64,000 nt of DNA. Origin: Balanoglossus misakiensis (taxonomy: Eukaryota > Animalia > Hemichordata). The number at the start of each line of letters is the position of its first letter. Positions within the stretch are counted from its first letter, which is position 1. Made by a program: the position numbers and the translations under genes. Under the pieces are notes generated by a model that saw nothing but the letters and a program-made list of their open reading frames with translations, was not told where the DNA came from and did no database searches. The stretch spans positions 4,880,831 to 4,944,830 of the forward strand of contig CM082578.2 in the NCBI GenBank assembly GCA_040954595.2. The letters are read 5' to 3'. Shown here in pieces: positions 38,338 through 53,606 of this stretch.

Positions 38338-41300
38338 ATGGGTGCCGATTGTTATGCTCGGCAGTTGTTGAAATCGCCAGTGTTATTGTGGTTGGTTGTT
38401 CAGTTCGGCAACAGTAATGGACAGAATTCGTCAGGTAAGTCGGTTACCCATTTATGTTGTGGTATAAGTAGATAGATAGACAGACATACACGGATAAGTG
38501 GGTAGACGAGATAGATATAGGTGAAGTTGACGATCTTAATCGATAAACGTTATATTATGATATTGACTTACAGAGGTACATGTAATTTTAAGACAACATC
38601 ACTTGATTGCCAGAAAAGTCATAATACAGATGTTACTAAAATTATCAATAACCGCGACTTTTACACTGGCACAAGCATATAATATGCAAAATGACAGGAG
38701 ATGCAGATCATTTGCATGTCTTTCACAATTCCTGACTTTTGTTATGAAATATTACCATAATTTATGCAGGGGATTTCTATTATGTATGATTGGTATCACT
38801 ACCCATTTCTTACAATCCCCAAATTTAATTCAGAGAATGTTGTAACAGTACATTGGGTGGGTACCCCACTGTCATAAATACCATATTTGCCCTATATACA
38901 TAAACAACAAAATGTAAACAACCATTGACATTGACCACTCGCTGACCCCATTTTCAGTTGCCGAAGTCGGCTGGCAGGAAAATTCGGTCAATAAGTTTTG
39001 TTCTCCTCTGTGGAAGAAAAAGGGGCAACCTTGTAAAGCTGTCACACATGAGTGATACCCAAAGTAGTAGACACACACACTGACCCAATTTGTGCAATGC
39101 TTTCACAGGTCATCATTCTAATTTTTTCTCCTCACAGAAATTGGCCACTTGTGCTATGTTCAGACACATAGCTCAGTCACTTCCAGGTCAGAAAATGGCA
39201 TTAAAAATTGTGACATTGTTAATATCCCAACATGAGCCAATGTGTGGATTAACTGCCAGGTTGTTTGGGAGAAATGTCAACTGCTCTGGTTACTTGCCCA
39301 GGCCAAGTGAATGAAGGTGGTACATCACAGACCCATGAAAGCAAAAGCATCAATGATCATGGGGCTGGCATGGCCCCCAGGGACTGGCCATGATCAGGTC
39401 AGCCGTGTTGCAGACTATCATGACCATACTGAATTCAACTCTCTCCTAAAACTGTTCATTTTTCTTTCTCTTTTTTTCCTCTAGTTGTTGGTGATTTGGA
39501 AGACCCATCAACATTGACAATACTGATTGTATCCTTTGTGATCTTGTTTTTGTTCATCATTGGTGGAATTATCTTCATTGTGTGTCGACACAAACGAAGG
39601 CAAGCTGCTGAATCATTGGCAAGGAGGACACTTCTCGACAACCAGGCTGTCAGTGAGTATAGAACTATACATTTCCCCACCTAACCCTACCCCTCCCACA
39701 GAATGGATAAATGTGAATAACATACTGTAAAACGGATTATTTTCGTGAGCAATAAATTTTCGCGAAATACACGAGAGCCAAGATAAAGTGAAAATAAAAA
39801 AGTCGCGTAAAATGTTTTTCGGAGATTACGATGCAGTTGGTGAAAGACGAGAACGCGAAAATTAATCCTCGCGTAACACTAACAGTTGCCTCTTTTGGTA
39901 TCGCGAAAATTTCCTGTCGCGAAAATAACCCGTTTTACAGTAATTTAAAATTACCTTTTAGCCTAATTCTATGATGGCTGTCACATCGAGCGACTTTTAA
40001 GCACTTGTCAATTAGTACTCCTTGATGGTAATGAGGTTAGAGAGTATGTGTAGAATGAACTCATGGTTATTTTTCATTTTACTTTCCAAGTTTGTTCAAC
40101 ATGTCGCACTAGTACATTGATTTCAATGTAATTTAATGGCGTAACAGGCCACCAAACCATCATTTGCCTGCAACTTGACCTGGAATCTACTGTCAATTTG
40201 ATAACAGACAAAGGTAGCAGAAAATACATGCAACACATACAGAAAATAGAATATTACAGGTCGATCTATGAAATTAATGTTTGGCCTTACTCAAACATGG
40301 TGCAGACTTTGTACTACTGTGCATTCATAAAACCACAACAGCAGCATTCAAAACAATATTATTTTTGATGCTAGTGGAAAATAATTGAAAAGAAACAACT
40401 TTGAAAGTCATGCAACATTCCTAGTACAACTTCAGTTATCATCATCTCTTGGACAGATGTAGTTTGTTAGAACTGCTTCATTGATGCATTATTGAACTGA
40501 AATCATTAATTAAAATAGTATTTCTATAGAAAAATAAGGCCTTTCTATGAAATTTATGTTGGAAAGGCACGTACTAAAACCTTCACAGGTTGGGAGACCT
40601 CATGACCTCCTGGTATTGGTCATGTGGTTATTCACCCTAACTACCAAATAAATTTTCATGTTTGGTCTAAAATTTATAAGGCAGGCCAAAGTAAGTAAAT
40701 TCTTTGTTTTGCGTCCACTTAAAATTGGGAAAGGTATGTGGCTGAGAAACACACTCAGGAAATTTATCACTCATAATGTGATTTCAGCAAATACAAATTT
40801 GTTACAAAATTTTGAGTTCAGAAAAGCTAAGTGGTTATGTTCTATAATTTTCTATTCTAATATATGTGAATGTTTTTTCATTAACATCCTCATAACCTAA
40901 GCGGGCAGGGATGCAAAACAAAGAATTTAACGACTGATATGACAGAACTGCATGACCTCTGCATGTGATCTGAAAAAGTTATTTTCACGTGTGATAAGAC
41001 TTGTAGCTTCTTGTTTTTGGCATACTGATGCCGTCATCTCATCAAATTTGCGGTCGTTGTGGTAGGTTTGTTCACACAAACAACAATGCCTTTTTGATCC
41101 TTTTTGATATTTTATGAAATATGTTTCAGAATTCGTGTTTTAGGTACCGAACGTGTTGATTAAGTTTTTCAATTTTTCACATATGCATGTACATATCTTG
41201 TATATTCTGGCATAGTGATGTATACATTTTTGAGTGTCCAGGTGATTGTTGTATGACCCAGGCCTGTGACCCCAAAATAAGTAAACAACACTATCCAACA

Positions 41301-43369
41301 AAGGTGGGGGTGTGGTAAAACTAGCCAAAGAAAATTTGATGACATCATCATAGTGTGGCCTGTTCGCGAAATTACAAAACAACCAAAATCATTCCGCGGT
41401 CACATTTCTTTCCTTTTTTGGTTGTTGTTTTTTTCCGGTGTTTCCAATTATTTCTCCTAGAATGGGATTAACATATGTAATAACAACAGAACCCCATGGT
41501 AAGAGCGTGCAAACACGACGTACAAGGGGTATTTGAACTCATGCTGGTGTGTGAGGATCCTTCATGGCTTCAGAATACACTGTCAGCACTTGTGCAAATA
41601 CCCCCAGTATGTCGTGCTTGCAAAATCTTGCCATTGGGTTCTGTAATAGTCTTTTTGGGCAAAAGTTTGAAGTATGTTTTGTTGTGTATCATTAATTTCC
41701 TGTCTTACCTCCTGCTCATCAACAAGCCTTGAATACTGTAGAACAGGAAAATTTCTTCGCGAGAGCCCAAAAAAAATGCGATAATAAATAGTCCCGAAAG
41801 AACAATGTGTATAATAAATTCAGAGATAAGCCAAGACTTGAATATAATTTTTTGAACAATAGCGAAATAGATTATTCATGCATGGTGGTCTGTGTTGTGA
41901 AGATAAATCCAGGCTTTTAATAATAATAATGGTTTGAGGAGTTTAAAAAGAAACCATGGTTGATACACAAAAGACTAAATAAAAAAATAAAAAAAAATAT
42001 TCAAAATTACACATACAGTCCTCTCAAAATAATTTGTCCCATGTCGTATTTTAAGGGACTTGACACTCTAAACAGATATGACACCCAGTAGCATAAGGTT
42101 AAAGAAACACAACCTTCATTGTGATTCTTTATGACTTCAGACAGGGCTAATTGTCCTTCAAATACTCACTCTAAAATGTGCAGATTATTAGAAGGGAAAA
42201 ATAGAGAGACATGTATTGCCACTATGGATGTTGAAGACTATAGATAAGTTATTGAACTTCATTTTATTTGAGATCTGGATGAGTGTTTCGGTAGAAAAGG
42301 GCACAAGAAAACTCCTTACGCTTTGCACAAGTCTCCGCTGTAGGTTACCACTTATACATGTTGGATGGACCTAACTTGAACGTACTCAATCATATCAATT
42401 GTTGGTTCAGTGGGTACAAAGCATTCTCAAATTGTATCGTGCATGACCTTTGACCTTTCCAATATCTTAGTATCTGTAAAGACCCAGACTTAGTCTTTTT
42501 CAGTTATGTTGTTTTCCTGATATCTAAAACTTGTTCGATCCCATTCATGTTTCGATATAGATAAATTGTCTGGGCTATTTTAACATGGTCACAAAGTGAT
42601 TCGTACCTGTGGTTTTTATTTATGTGTAATGTTTTTCTTTCACCTGTCTCATTGAACTGAAATCTTGGATCAAGTATGAATTACTAGCAGAATACACTGT
42701 GCACCAGTGTACATTACATGGCTAAGTTATTGAGACAACATGACTGAAAGCTTCATTCAGTCAATACTTGCATCACTGGACTGCAAAACTCCCTGTAGAT
42801 GTTTATGTTCAAAACACGGTGTTATGCCGTGATTTTGCACAAACATCGAGGTATGTTATTTTGCAAGACACACCGTCACTCAATCCAGTGTCAATGCAAC
42901 GTTCAATCACACCCTGTCTCTGTATTCTCTCTCAACAGCTGCCGGATATTTCCACGACTTTGAGACAAGCAGATGCCGCGGAGATTCGCCGCCCTCGTAC
43001 ACTAAATGCGTCCAGTCGGGAGTTATATCCGCGACGGCCAGTTTTCTCGAGTTGATTTGGGGCGACAGCTCGTCGTTGCCAGACTATGAAACGGTGATCC
43101 GGTCTCGAGGGTCGCAGGGGTCCCCGCCGGAGGTGGCCAGCATCGCCGAAGAACAGATACAGATACACATAGGCGAGTCTGTGAGCATCAGCGATCAGTC
43201 GTCTGTTGCCACGCTCGGAGGAGGAGGAGACGAGGACGACGCAATGTTGCATAGCAACGGTGTCGGAGGAGAGGCTGCCGTCGGGAAGAATGTTGCTAAT
43301 TCTGATGAGACGGCATCGACGACAATCTCTATTAGCTCCGAAAATGACGCTGCTACGTCTGCGGGTTGA
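38338..43369 (+). CDS. Small single-pass membrane protein with PPSY and LPDY motifs (paralog A); exons 38338-38434, 39485-39648, 41461-41498, 42939-43369
   Basis: Signal-like exon 1; TM ILIVSFVILFLFIIGGIIFIVC followed by RHKRR; tail DSPPSYTKCVQSGVISATASFLELIWGDSSSLPDYETV homologous to paralog B. The middle junction (donor GTCAGT after 39648, 38-nt exon) is inferred from phase and uncertain. Confidence 0.72.
39725..39940. mobile_element. Tc1/mariner-type MITE
   Basis: TA|CTGTAAAACGGATTATTTTCG...CGAAAATAACCCGTTTTACAG|TA; repeated CGCGAAA motifs. Confidence 0.75.
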
Positions 43370-43488
43370 GTGACATCCTTTAAAAACTACTCTAGACTTT
43401 TTGAAATTCCAAAAGACACTTCACATATTTATCTGTGTTATCACATGAATGTGGAAATGTGATAATAGGTACAGGAGGTTACAGGTAT

Positions 43489-43618
43489 GATGATATGATA
43501 TGATATGATATGATATGATATGATATGATATGATATGATATGATATGATATATGATACGATATGATATGATATGATATGATATGATATGATATGATATGA
43601 TATGATATGATATGATAT
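43489..43618. repeat. (GATAT)n microsatellite
   Basis: Direct reading. Confidence 0.98.
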
Positions 43619-44004
43619 AACAGATCCACCCAAATTGTTAAATTTGTGTTGAAGTAAAAAGTACTTAATGTGGCTGTCAAATGCTAACATGTGCATTGTA
43701 GTCTATCAGGTCTTTGTTGTGACCTGCAGTTATATTGGCCATGGATAATTATAACATGCACAAGAAGAGGGTTAAACTAAAATTAATTGTATTTGACCAC
43801 ATGTAAATTCTGGCTTTCAGCTGATGAAAGTGTGTTATCAAGACTTGATACAGGTAAACTCCAACCCCATCTCTGCTCCTCTGTATGAAGGAATTGTGTT
43901 TATCACGTGCATGTTTTAATTATGTACAGCCCCTTACCAGTCAGTGATATAGCTCTCTAGTCTGATATTTTGTATGCATGGGATGTAATTCTCAATTGCA
44001 CATG

Positions 44005-44149
44005 CAGTGTTCTCCCAAGAAATTTCTGACAGAGTAGTGACTAATTTGCATAACAATGTAAACATTTGTTATGTTAATTTAGTTCTATTGTCTTCTCAAA
44101 CTTAGAGAGTAGTGGCCACTATGCTTTAATTGCTCTTGGGAGAACACTG
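44005..44149. mobile_element. hAT-like MITE with 5-bp TSD
   Basis: ACATG|CAGTGTTCTCCCAAGA...TCTTGGGAGAACACTG|ACATG (16-bp perfect TIR). Confidence 0.78.
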
Positions 44150-44614
44150 ACATGACATGAAAAAAGTCAGTCATAATGTGGCTGCCACCATATTGGTGTA
44201 AATCTGTTGTACGCTCGGTCCTCGCACAAGGACAAAGTTACACGACATACATGTGTACATTCACCTCAGTTTGTTTTGAAGGAATTGTCATCTCGTTGAG
44301 AACAGCCCAGACGGACAGAAATGCACCCCTGTAAGAATTAACTGAGAAAAAGAGAGATGCCCCTGGCTCAAGAAACGATTAGAACCTGTTTTCAGCAGAT
44401 TTCGGTACCACAGTCCAAATTGTGCCATTCAACAAATTCTAACATCATCCCTTGCCTCACAATAATCATGTATCACAGAAATCACTTGTCCGATATCTTT
44501 GATATTTGATCTGGATACCCGGAGGTACTCAAATATTATCTAATGGTATAAATTATCCTGCATTTTGAGTTAATATTTTGTCATTTTTCATAGTCTTTTT
44601 CTCCGAAACCATTT

Positions 44615-46623
44615 TTAGGTCCCATTGGTATAGGCCTATATACCATGGGACCTTATGGGATGGGTTGCGTCTGTATGTATGTATGGATGGATGGATGTAT
44701 GGATGTATGGATGTATGGATGTATGGATGTATGTCTGTATGTCCGTCCACATCAAAAACTTGAAAACCGCTGCGCGTATCACCTCAATATTTGGTGTGTA
44801 GGTGCAGGCTGGGCTGTAGATGGGAGTTTGTCCAAACGAAGTTGCCAGGCCCAAAAATATGCAAATTAGCTTGTAAAATGTGAAATATATCAAAACTCTG
44901 TAACTCAACAATTACTGGTCAGATTGCTTTGAAAATTGATATCTATGTACCTTATGTCAACCTCACACCGACCTGTAAGTGTTAAGTTGATATCATGGAT
45001 GTTTTATTTTTTATGAATTTTTTAGTCTTTTTATTAAATTTATACCTTTACTTATCCCTCTATGGTTAAGCTATGTCCACGTCTTATTGTGGAATTCTGG
45101 TCTGTGCAATAGTCCTGTACAGTGACTGTCTATTGGCCAGTGAGCACAATGGGGCCAAAATAAAAGGCAAATTTTTGGGCTCACCTGTAACACCTGCTTA
45201 ACACATTAATTATGTGCATACCTAATTCCGGGCTAATTAATAGGGCTAGAGGTTTCATTCTTGTGGGACATGGACCAGTATAGGGTCAAAATTTCTTGCC
45301 CAAATTTTGGGTGACCTCAGGTGACCTTTGACCTACTTTCCTATATCTGGGCATCCAGAGCAGGTACAGACTTGGCGTTTGGAGGGTTGGGACTAAAATT
45401 GAAAAGAAAAAATATGGGTCACCTGTGACACCTGCATATCTCATTACTTATGTGCATACCTAATTCCAGGCTAACCAGTAGGGCTATAGGTTTGGTTTTT
45501 GTTGAACATGGACCAGTATAGGGTCAAAATTTCTTGCCCAAATTTTGCATGACCTCAGGTGACCTTTGACCTACTTTTCCATATCTTGGCATCCAGAGCA
45601 GGTACAGACTTGGCGTTTGGAGGATTGGCACTAAAATTGAGAAGCCAAAATTGGGGGTCACCTGTGACACCTGCATATCTCATTAATTATGTGCATACCT
45701 AATTCCAGGCTAACCAATAAGGCTATAGATTTGGTTTTTGTTGAACATGGACCAGTATAGGGTCAAAATTTCTTGCCCAAATTTTGCATGACCTCAGGTG
45801 ACCTTTGACCTACTTTACCATATCTTGGCATCCAGAGCAGGTACAGACTTGGCGTTTTGAGGGTTGGGACTAAAATTGAAAAGCCAAAATTGGGGGTCAC
45901 CTGTGACACCTGCATATCTCATTAATTATGTGCATACCTAATTCCAGGCTAACCAATAGGGCTATAGGTTTGGTTTTTGTTGAACATGGACCAGTATAGG
46001 GTCAAAATTTCTTGCCCAAATTTTGCATGACCTCAGGTGACCTTTGACCTACTGTTCCATATCTTGGCATCCAGAGCAGGTACAGACTTGGCGTTTGGAG
46101 GATTGGCACTAAAATTGAGAAGCCAAAATTGGGGGTCACCTGTGACACCTGCATATCTCATTAATTATGTGCATACCTAATTCCAGGCTAACCAATAAGG
46201 CTATAGGTTTGGTTTTTGTTGAACATGGACCAGTATAGGGTCAAAATTTCTTGCCTAAATTTTGCATGACCTCAGGTGACCTTTGACCTACTTTTCCATA
46301 TCTTGGCATCCAGAGCAGGTACAGACTTGGCGTTTGGAGGATTGGCACTAAAATTGAGAAGCCAAAATTGGGGGTCACCTGTGACACCTGCCTATCTCAT
46401 TAATTATGTGCATACCTAATTCCAGGCTAACCAATAAGGCTATAGGTTTGGTTTTTGTTGAACATGGACCAGTATAGGGTCAAAATTTCTTGCCTAAATT
46501 TTGCATGACCTCAGGTGACCTTTGACCTACTTTTCCATATCTTGGCATCCAGAGCAGATATGCTTATTGCTATGTTGCTATGTGCTATGTCCTCAAATGG
46601 GACCACAGTGTCCTTGACGCTAT
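44615..46623 (+). mobile_element. Helentron-associated (HINE-like) element, second copy, with 6 internal 239-bp repeats
   Basis: Same ends as 7633-9160; 5' hairpin GGTCCCATTGGTATAGGCCTATATACCATGGGACC; unit landmarks at 45206, 45444, 45683, 45922, 46161, 46400; T-rich flanks. Confidence 0.82.
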
Positions 46624-49600
46624 TTTTTCTAAAAGCCTTGAAATTTGGTGCACTGTTTCTTCTTGAAGTTGCAAATTAGTAAGAAATCTCCAATTTCTTA
46701 ACGGTATATTTAGGCATTTGTTCTCGGTTTTTTAGTCAAATTGCCTTGTCAGATTACTAGAATTAATATGCATTCCCTCAGGTAAATGTAACTTAAGAAC
46801 GTGCACTGCCCCACCCCTCATTGCTACAACCCACCCTTGTTGTAGAATGGTTTGATCTGTACGCGCTGTGTTATGTCTACATAGTACCATGTGTGTCCCT
46901 TAAATTACTATCGGTACATTAGTACATCGTACATGTACATGTATCACAGCTCTACATGGCTGTTGCAAAATAGTGACCGAAAGTCAGCATGGATGCTGTA
47001 AAGCCTGAGATGTATCCAGTGCTGATGTAACAGCTTGGCCTGAAATGTCTATATTCAATGCCTACATTGAGATCTCATGATCCTTACTGTATCATCAAGA
47101 TTGGCACATCCTTTTTCTTACAAGATACATCTCTGAAATCTTGGCAGATTTACATAGTCTCATCATTGGGACTGTAGATTTAACTCTAATTCTGTACACT
47201 GGTTTTTCCCAGTCCTGAGCATTTCGGGCCTGGGAATGCAATCAGGATATCAGTTACGGAACTGAGTGCTGTGCAACAGATCCATCACATGTTGGTGAGT
47301 GCACTGTAATGTGACTGCTGAGCAGGTTTATGCCTGTCTCTGTTATGAGACGTATACTTTGCACATACACCCTGCAACAGCCACTAATTGGATCCGGATG
47401 TGCATGTTTGCCCAGCCGGCAATTTCTATCGTAGCCTTTCCTTTTAACAGATTTGAATAATTAATATGTAATTGAGTACCGCACCGGTAGCACCTCCAGA
47501 CATGAAAGAGACTTGTTTGTAACATTAGTATGTCTCTGTACATTGAAGATTTCTTCCCAAATCACTGCACACGCAAACAAACGTGATGGGATGTCCCCAG
47601 TGCAACTGTCCACATCACTCCCTCTCTCTCTAGCAGTACCCCCCTCCCCATCTCTCTTGATAGCAATCTCTCTCTCTCCACCTCTCTCTCTCTGTCTCTC
47701 ACGATCGATCGATCGATAAGTAATAGCAAAAGTGACAGTTTGATCTATATCGACTACATGTACTTGCTTGCCTGAATGGCCAATCCTTGAAGTTCTTCTC
47801 AAAATTATTCTTCAGACATTTAAAATTCATTGTTGGAATAAGCAGCATTACAGAAAATCTGATATGACACAAACCAAAGGTCTAATAGTAATATAAACAT
47901 GTAAATATAATTTAAATATATAAAAATAGCATTAATCACGAATAGGTGGATCTAAAAGATGTGACTGTCATTAATAATATGTTTTGTTCAATCAGAAATG
48001 TTACATGTGAAGTCTTAAATATTTATAGCCTCTGATATGTTGTTTTTAAGATTAATTTATTGTTGGGTGACCCAGCTGAGTTGGAGCAACAACTGCAATA
48101 CCCATGTGTGGGGGAGACGTCTTTACTAAGTGATTGCAGAGAATCTGTCTGTCTTGTAAGTTGTAAATTTTTAGCTGCCAATTTGCTGTACGTTAAGCAT
48201 GGGAGCTTCTTGGATCCTTAGGGTGCGTCAGTTATGTGTGGTTGTGTGTGTGTGTTTTATATGTGTGTACGTAGGTTTTATGTGTACATGTATTAATTTA
48301 CATCATCTGTGTGTGTGTGTGCTTGTCTGTCCACTCTAAAATTCAAGAACTCCTTCGACCAATCAACAAGCTGTTCTACTGTGTGAACTAGGATAGAGTG
48401 CTCTCGTAATTCAACAAATGCCATTGTATTTCCAAACTGGTGCAGATAATATAGAAACCCTTGAATGGCATGTGTGAGCATGTGCCGAGTCCAAACTAAT
48501 TACACTTGTCAAATTGAATTTTCACAATGTTAAAATAGGCCGATTCTCTTCAATCTGTGCAGTAATAGTATGCACCTTTTGTTGTCAAAGTTTACCAGAA
48601 CTGTCATCTTCAAACTGAAAGACAAACATGAGTATCACATATACTCCCCATTCATGTGCCCTTTTTTACTGACCACCACATCAAAAATCATACACTTTAT
48701 TTGAGTGTCCCCCCAAAATATACAGATATGGTTAAAAATAGAGTTGTATTGTTTGGAGCAGATTTTGTTTGGGTTAAAATGTCTATTTCTCTAAAAAATG
48801 TTCTGTAAGATTTCTTTACAGTTTTGTACTTTCAGTTGCTGTGCTCTCATTTACATTTGTGATATGATGAAGTGAGCAATAAGTAATTTTATGGATAAAT
48901 GTTCATGATTTTTTATCAGGTTGTGATAAAACAACCAGTGGTTCAATGCAATACATGATCATTGGCTGTGTGCAATCAAATGCTAGGTGCCCTGGAAAAG
49001 TGATACGTGAGAAGGTGATCAGTCTGAGATCGAATATACCGTACTGTAAAAGCATTAATTCTCCTGTGGATTTTCATTTCACTGTTTTGGATTTTGGGGT
49101 ACATTTCAAAATGGTTTTCGATTTATGGATTTGGCTATATAATAATAATGAATTCTGTTGAAATTTTACAGGTTCACCGGGGTTTAGTTTAGCAGATTTG
49201 ATCAATCAGCGAAAATGGTGAAATATGAACCCGGTGAAACCGTAATAATAAATGTTTTTCCAGTATAAGTATCAGTCCAATTGAAAATGGGACTGCAGCG
49301 TCTCACATTCCATGTCATTGTTGGAATTGTTGAGGATTGTACAGGAAAACTCATCTAAACTGAACCCTTTTAAGTCTGGAAACCTGTTTATAACATGTTT
49401 TCCAGTTGCCTTCACGCACAACGCTCACTGTAAAAAGACCCTCTGTAAACCAGACACCTGCGAAGCAAACACTGTGGTGTCCAGTTTAGAGAGGTTTCAC
49501 TTCTTTAGAAAATGGCTGAATCTTATATGATGTGAAATAACAGCTTGGTCTGTGTTGTTCGTATAAACCGAATGTTCGGATAATTCTCTTTAACAAGAGA

Positions 49601-50794
49601 TGAATTTCCAGTTGCCAGGAACTTGGATAGTCTCTCAATACAGCATTTGGCCGGCTGTGTAGATAGATATGTATATGTTGATGTTCGAGAGTATTGTACC
49701 ACTGATAAAAAAAAAATACTACTCCAGAGTGAGGGTAGAATTCGACTGATGTAAAATGGCTACTGTGGACTGTGTGATAGACTGGAAAAACTGTTGCTCA
49801 GCGTTACTCACTGCGCCCCCCCCCCCCCTCCTCTCAATCTTAAGAGGGGGTAACGCAGTGAGCATCGTCGAACGATAGCTATTCCACTCTAATAATGGCT
49901 GTGACACAATAGGTTGTCGGCAATATTAAGAATATGGCCTATTCCTTCATGTGTACTTGGTAGGCTGGCAGCTAGTCTTATTTTCGATTGTGCATTTGTT
50001 ACCAATTCAATTGCTGGAATGTGCAGTAGAATTTTCTGATGCCACATTTGCATCATATATATACGTGATAAATTATTGTTGGTTTTCAGTTGTGAAAATT
50101 TCAACTGCAGTAATTTTGCAAGAATTCTGCCATGGGGGAATTCAATCCCTAATTTTCAGCTACCGCAGTAGTGGCTATTAGATTAATACTGGGAAATTGT
50201 CCTTTGTGTGAATGAAGAATGTATGTATGAATAAATGAATGAATGAATAAGTATGTATGCGAGTCGGTGCTTGTGGTTGTATGCAAGCATGTGTATACAA
50301 GTGTGTGTGTACATAGGTATGTGTGTAATGTAAATATGTATGTACGTCATATATATTCCCAAATAATAATTATGACAATGCTGTTTAGTTTTTAGGAGAT
50401 AATAAAGCTTAGAGTAACAGTATAGGCCAATGCCTCAACATTTCATGTAGAGTGCTTGTGTTTGCAGTAGCTTCAATGTCATCAGTGATATTTATTGTAA
50501 AAAAATATTTTTTATGTTTATATTATGTGCTTTTCATGTTTACGCTGAACTTGATGAAAACAAACTTCACAGTGTAGATTGCAGTAAGGAAGAAATGTTC
50601 ATGTATTTATTTATATTTATGCCGAAATAAAATTGTTTATTAATTAAAATGAAAAGGATCTGTGTAAATAGTTTTTTTAATGCTGATATGTTGACATGTG
50701 CATTCATGTTTGTTTTTCGTAACACTACTGATGGCTGTGAGTGAGAACTCGAGTGATTGGGTGGACATTGGATGTCATGCATAGAATGGTAAAT

Positions 50795-51136
50795 CCCTCT
50801 CTCGCTGCCCATTTTCCATTATTATGTTTGATACAAGACATCGTTTATGTTATTCTACATGTAGATATATAATGAATCAACGTTCGACCACACACAACTT
50901 CCATCCCACTTCTGTGGCACTTGTAGACACAAGAGTGAAAAACTCACCAAAATGAATAATTGGTCTTTACCATTTATTCATTTTGGTGAGGTTTTTGCTC
51001 ATATATCCAACATACAGGATAAAATTTGCGTGTTGTCAAACATTGATTCACTATATATCTACATGTTGAATGCCATAAACGGTGTCTTGTATCAAATATA
51101 TTTAATGGAGAAAGGGCAGCGAGAGACTTTGTCCCT
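50795..51136. mobile_element. Kolobok/T2-type foldback MITE (left tip missing)
   Basis: Homologous to 33952-34299; ends CTTTGTCCCT|TTAA. Confidence 0.8.
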
Positions 51137-52544
51137 TTAATGGTACCCTGAAGGATGGATGGAAATTGATACCATGTGGAAAGGTGGAGGTGGGATATCT
51201 GCCATATCTGGAGAGGTAGGAAGGAATGGAGAGATAGACATGGCATGTTATAGTTCCAAGGCTGTGTAGAAGATCTTGGATGAATACTGAACTGTATTGC
51301 AGACGAAAGGAGGGGCAAAGCAGGCATTGTTTTACTGCTAGAGAAAAATCAAGATGATCAAAAGGTGATTGACCTAATCTCACTCGAGAGGGCGCTTTAC
51401 CTAATTGCTAGGCATACAAAATGTGTACATTTCGATTTTGTATTGTCAATATTCCATTTGCTGTCAGAGATGTATTGGTTGTATTACAAAGCCTCCCAGT
51501 GTTGTACTTGACCATTTTGTTTGTAAATGAATATTTTAGGTCCAATAATATAATTCCAACAACAGAAAAGTTATGGAGGGAGATTACAAGTGGGTGCCGC
51601 TATATAAATTAAGATTCCCCGTATTATCATGTCGCCCTGGAATCTTCCATCTTCATGTATAATTGTGCCAAGAACATTACTAAGGCGAAAAGTGAGGCTT
51701 TTGATGAGTATTTTATATCACTACACAGGAGGCTGACTGGTCGCCAATTTTTCAATTGTGAGCCGTTCCCTGATTTTGACAATAGGCTTACAACTGCCCG
51801 TAGCTACATGTAGTAGTAGTTTTCCAACAATCTGAATTTCCCTGGCAATATTTAAAAGAATAGAACATCTTCATTTCTCGGCGATCAACTGGGCTGCTTG
51901 CCGCTCTCCACCGGGAGATCACAACTTTCCTACTAACGATCAACCTCTTTGCACTACTTTCTTGCTGTAACTTGTAAACAACCATCTGTCCGATGATATC
52001 AAATCCGGAATGTTCATGGAGAGAACGCAAGCAGGCTTATTTCCTTGTAAATCGATGCGGCGGTCGTCACAAGTGATAACGCTGACGTCATTGTTTGGCG
52101 CGATTAATCCACATGTTGTGTTGCCGCGTCAAAATCAGGGTTGTTCAATCGCGATTTGTCTGATTTTTCTTGATGGGATGTATGCAAATGAACTCATAAT
52201 GTTGAAAATTATTCTAAATTTTGACGAGCAAAGTTGTTGAATTATATAGGTTTCTACTGAGATTTTATCTTATACCGGCAATTTACTGTAAAAGTGCAAT
52301 TGGAGTTGGCATATCAACAATTATATATTTTTAACGAGTTCTGTGTGTTGTGATTTATTAAAATAGTATTTCCTACTCCTGAAGAAGAATGTCGAGAGTT
52401 CTGCCGGTGACACCTGTTTCTGTCATGTAAATGCCGAAATGTTCAAAGTCGGACGGTGCTAGAGAGTGTATTAACTGACAGAGACAGGGTTGGAAGTTGA
52501 AATGAGAGGTAAACAAGGATTTGCAGTTAGTGCAACGGTTACCA

Positions 52545-52628
52545 CAATCTGATTAAAATCAGATGTAGGGAACGGCGACTTGGTTTTCAACAAGTCGCCG
52601 TTCCCTACATCTGATTTTAATCAGATTG
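52545..52628. mobile_element. 84-bp palindromic MITE, same TIR as 35313-35472
   Basis: CGGTTACCA|CAATCTGATT...AATCAGATTG|GGGTTACCA (9-bp TSD, 1 mismatch). Confidence 0.8.
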
Positions 52629-53606
52629 GGGTTACCAGAGCCATGCATTACGATATCCAAGCAACCTTGGCGCCCATGGGAATCATGTCACTTCTGACGT
52701 CATACTTCGCTGTTTAGATACAAAATTAATGCATATTTTAGATTCCGTGGTTAAGCTTGTGATAATAAATCTTGTATTTTTCTTTCGATCAGCGGCCTTG
52801 ACACACTACTACTGTGACGTCGTTGCGTATCGACAGCGTCAGTTGCGATTTGTGTTAGGGGAGAACCATTTGATTTCTCGGGGGGGGGGGTGCATGGATG
52901 GAAGATTTTTGGACAAAAACAATTATTAGCAGATGAATGAATATATTCTTCTGCAATGCCTTGAGGGAACAAGGTGGACTGTTTATCGAAAGCAATTGCT
53001 GTAACATGCAGTGGCTAATAATGCTGATATACCCAAATCCGATCCCCCACCCCAGAAGTCAAATACTTCTCCCCTTATCATCAAGTGACACTCGGGTCAG
53101 CTGACTGGAATACCAAGCATTATCCCTGCAATGGTTATGGATATGTAGGTCCTAGGACATTAGAATTCAGAGCGCGTCAATGTGTTTGTGATATGATCTA
53201 TAATTAGAAAGTCAATGACTCAGTTCGCCCGCATTTCACTTGGAGACTCAAAACCGTACACCCGGAGTATTTTATTGACACTTGCTAAAAGGAATATACA
53301 TGTAGCTCTTTGAAATTCATGCTTTTGTGATCCTGTGGCGGGGTATTTTAAAATAAGGTGAAATAATGTGAAATAAGGTGAGGCTGTTTACATAGTTAAT
53401 GATTGATGTTTAATAGTGACACGACTGATACGTTCTCCCCTAAAAATAGCACTTTCTGCATATTTTCACAGAATTCTCGCTGTTTATTGCTTGAATATGG
53501 TACTGCGACCGTTCACTCAAACAACGCGACACAACGCTCAGGCACAAGAGAGACAGAATGCCAAAAGCTGATAACCGTGTCCTGGCCTGGAAATATTATA
53601 ATCTCG

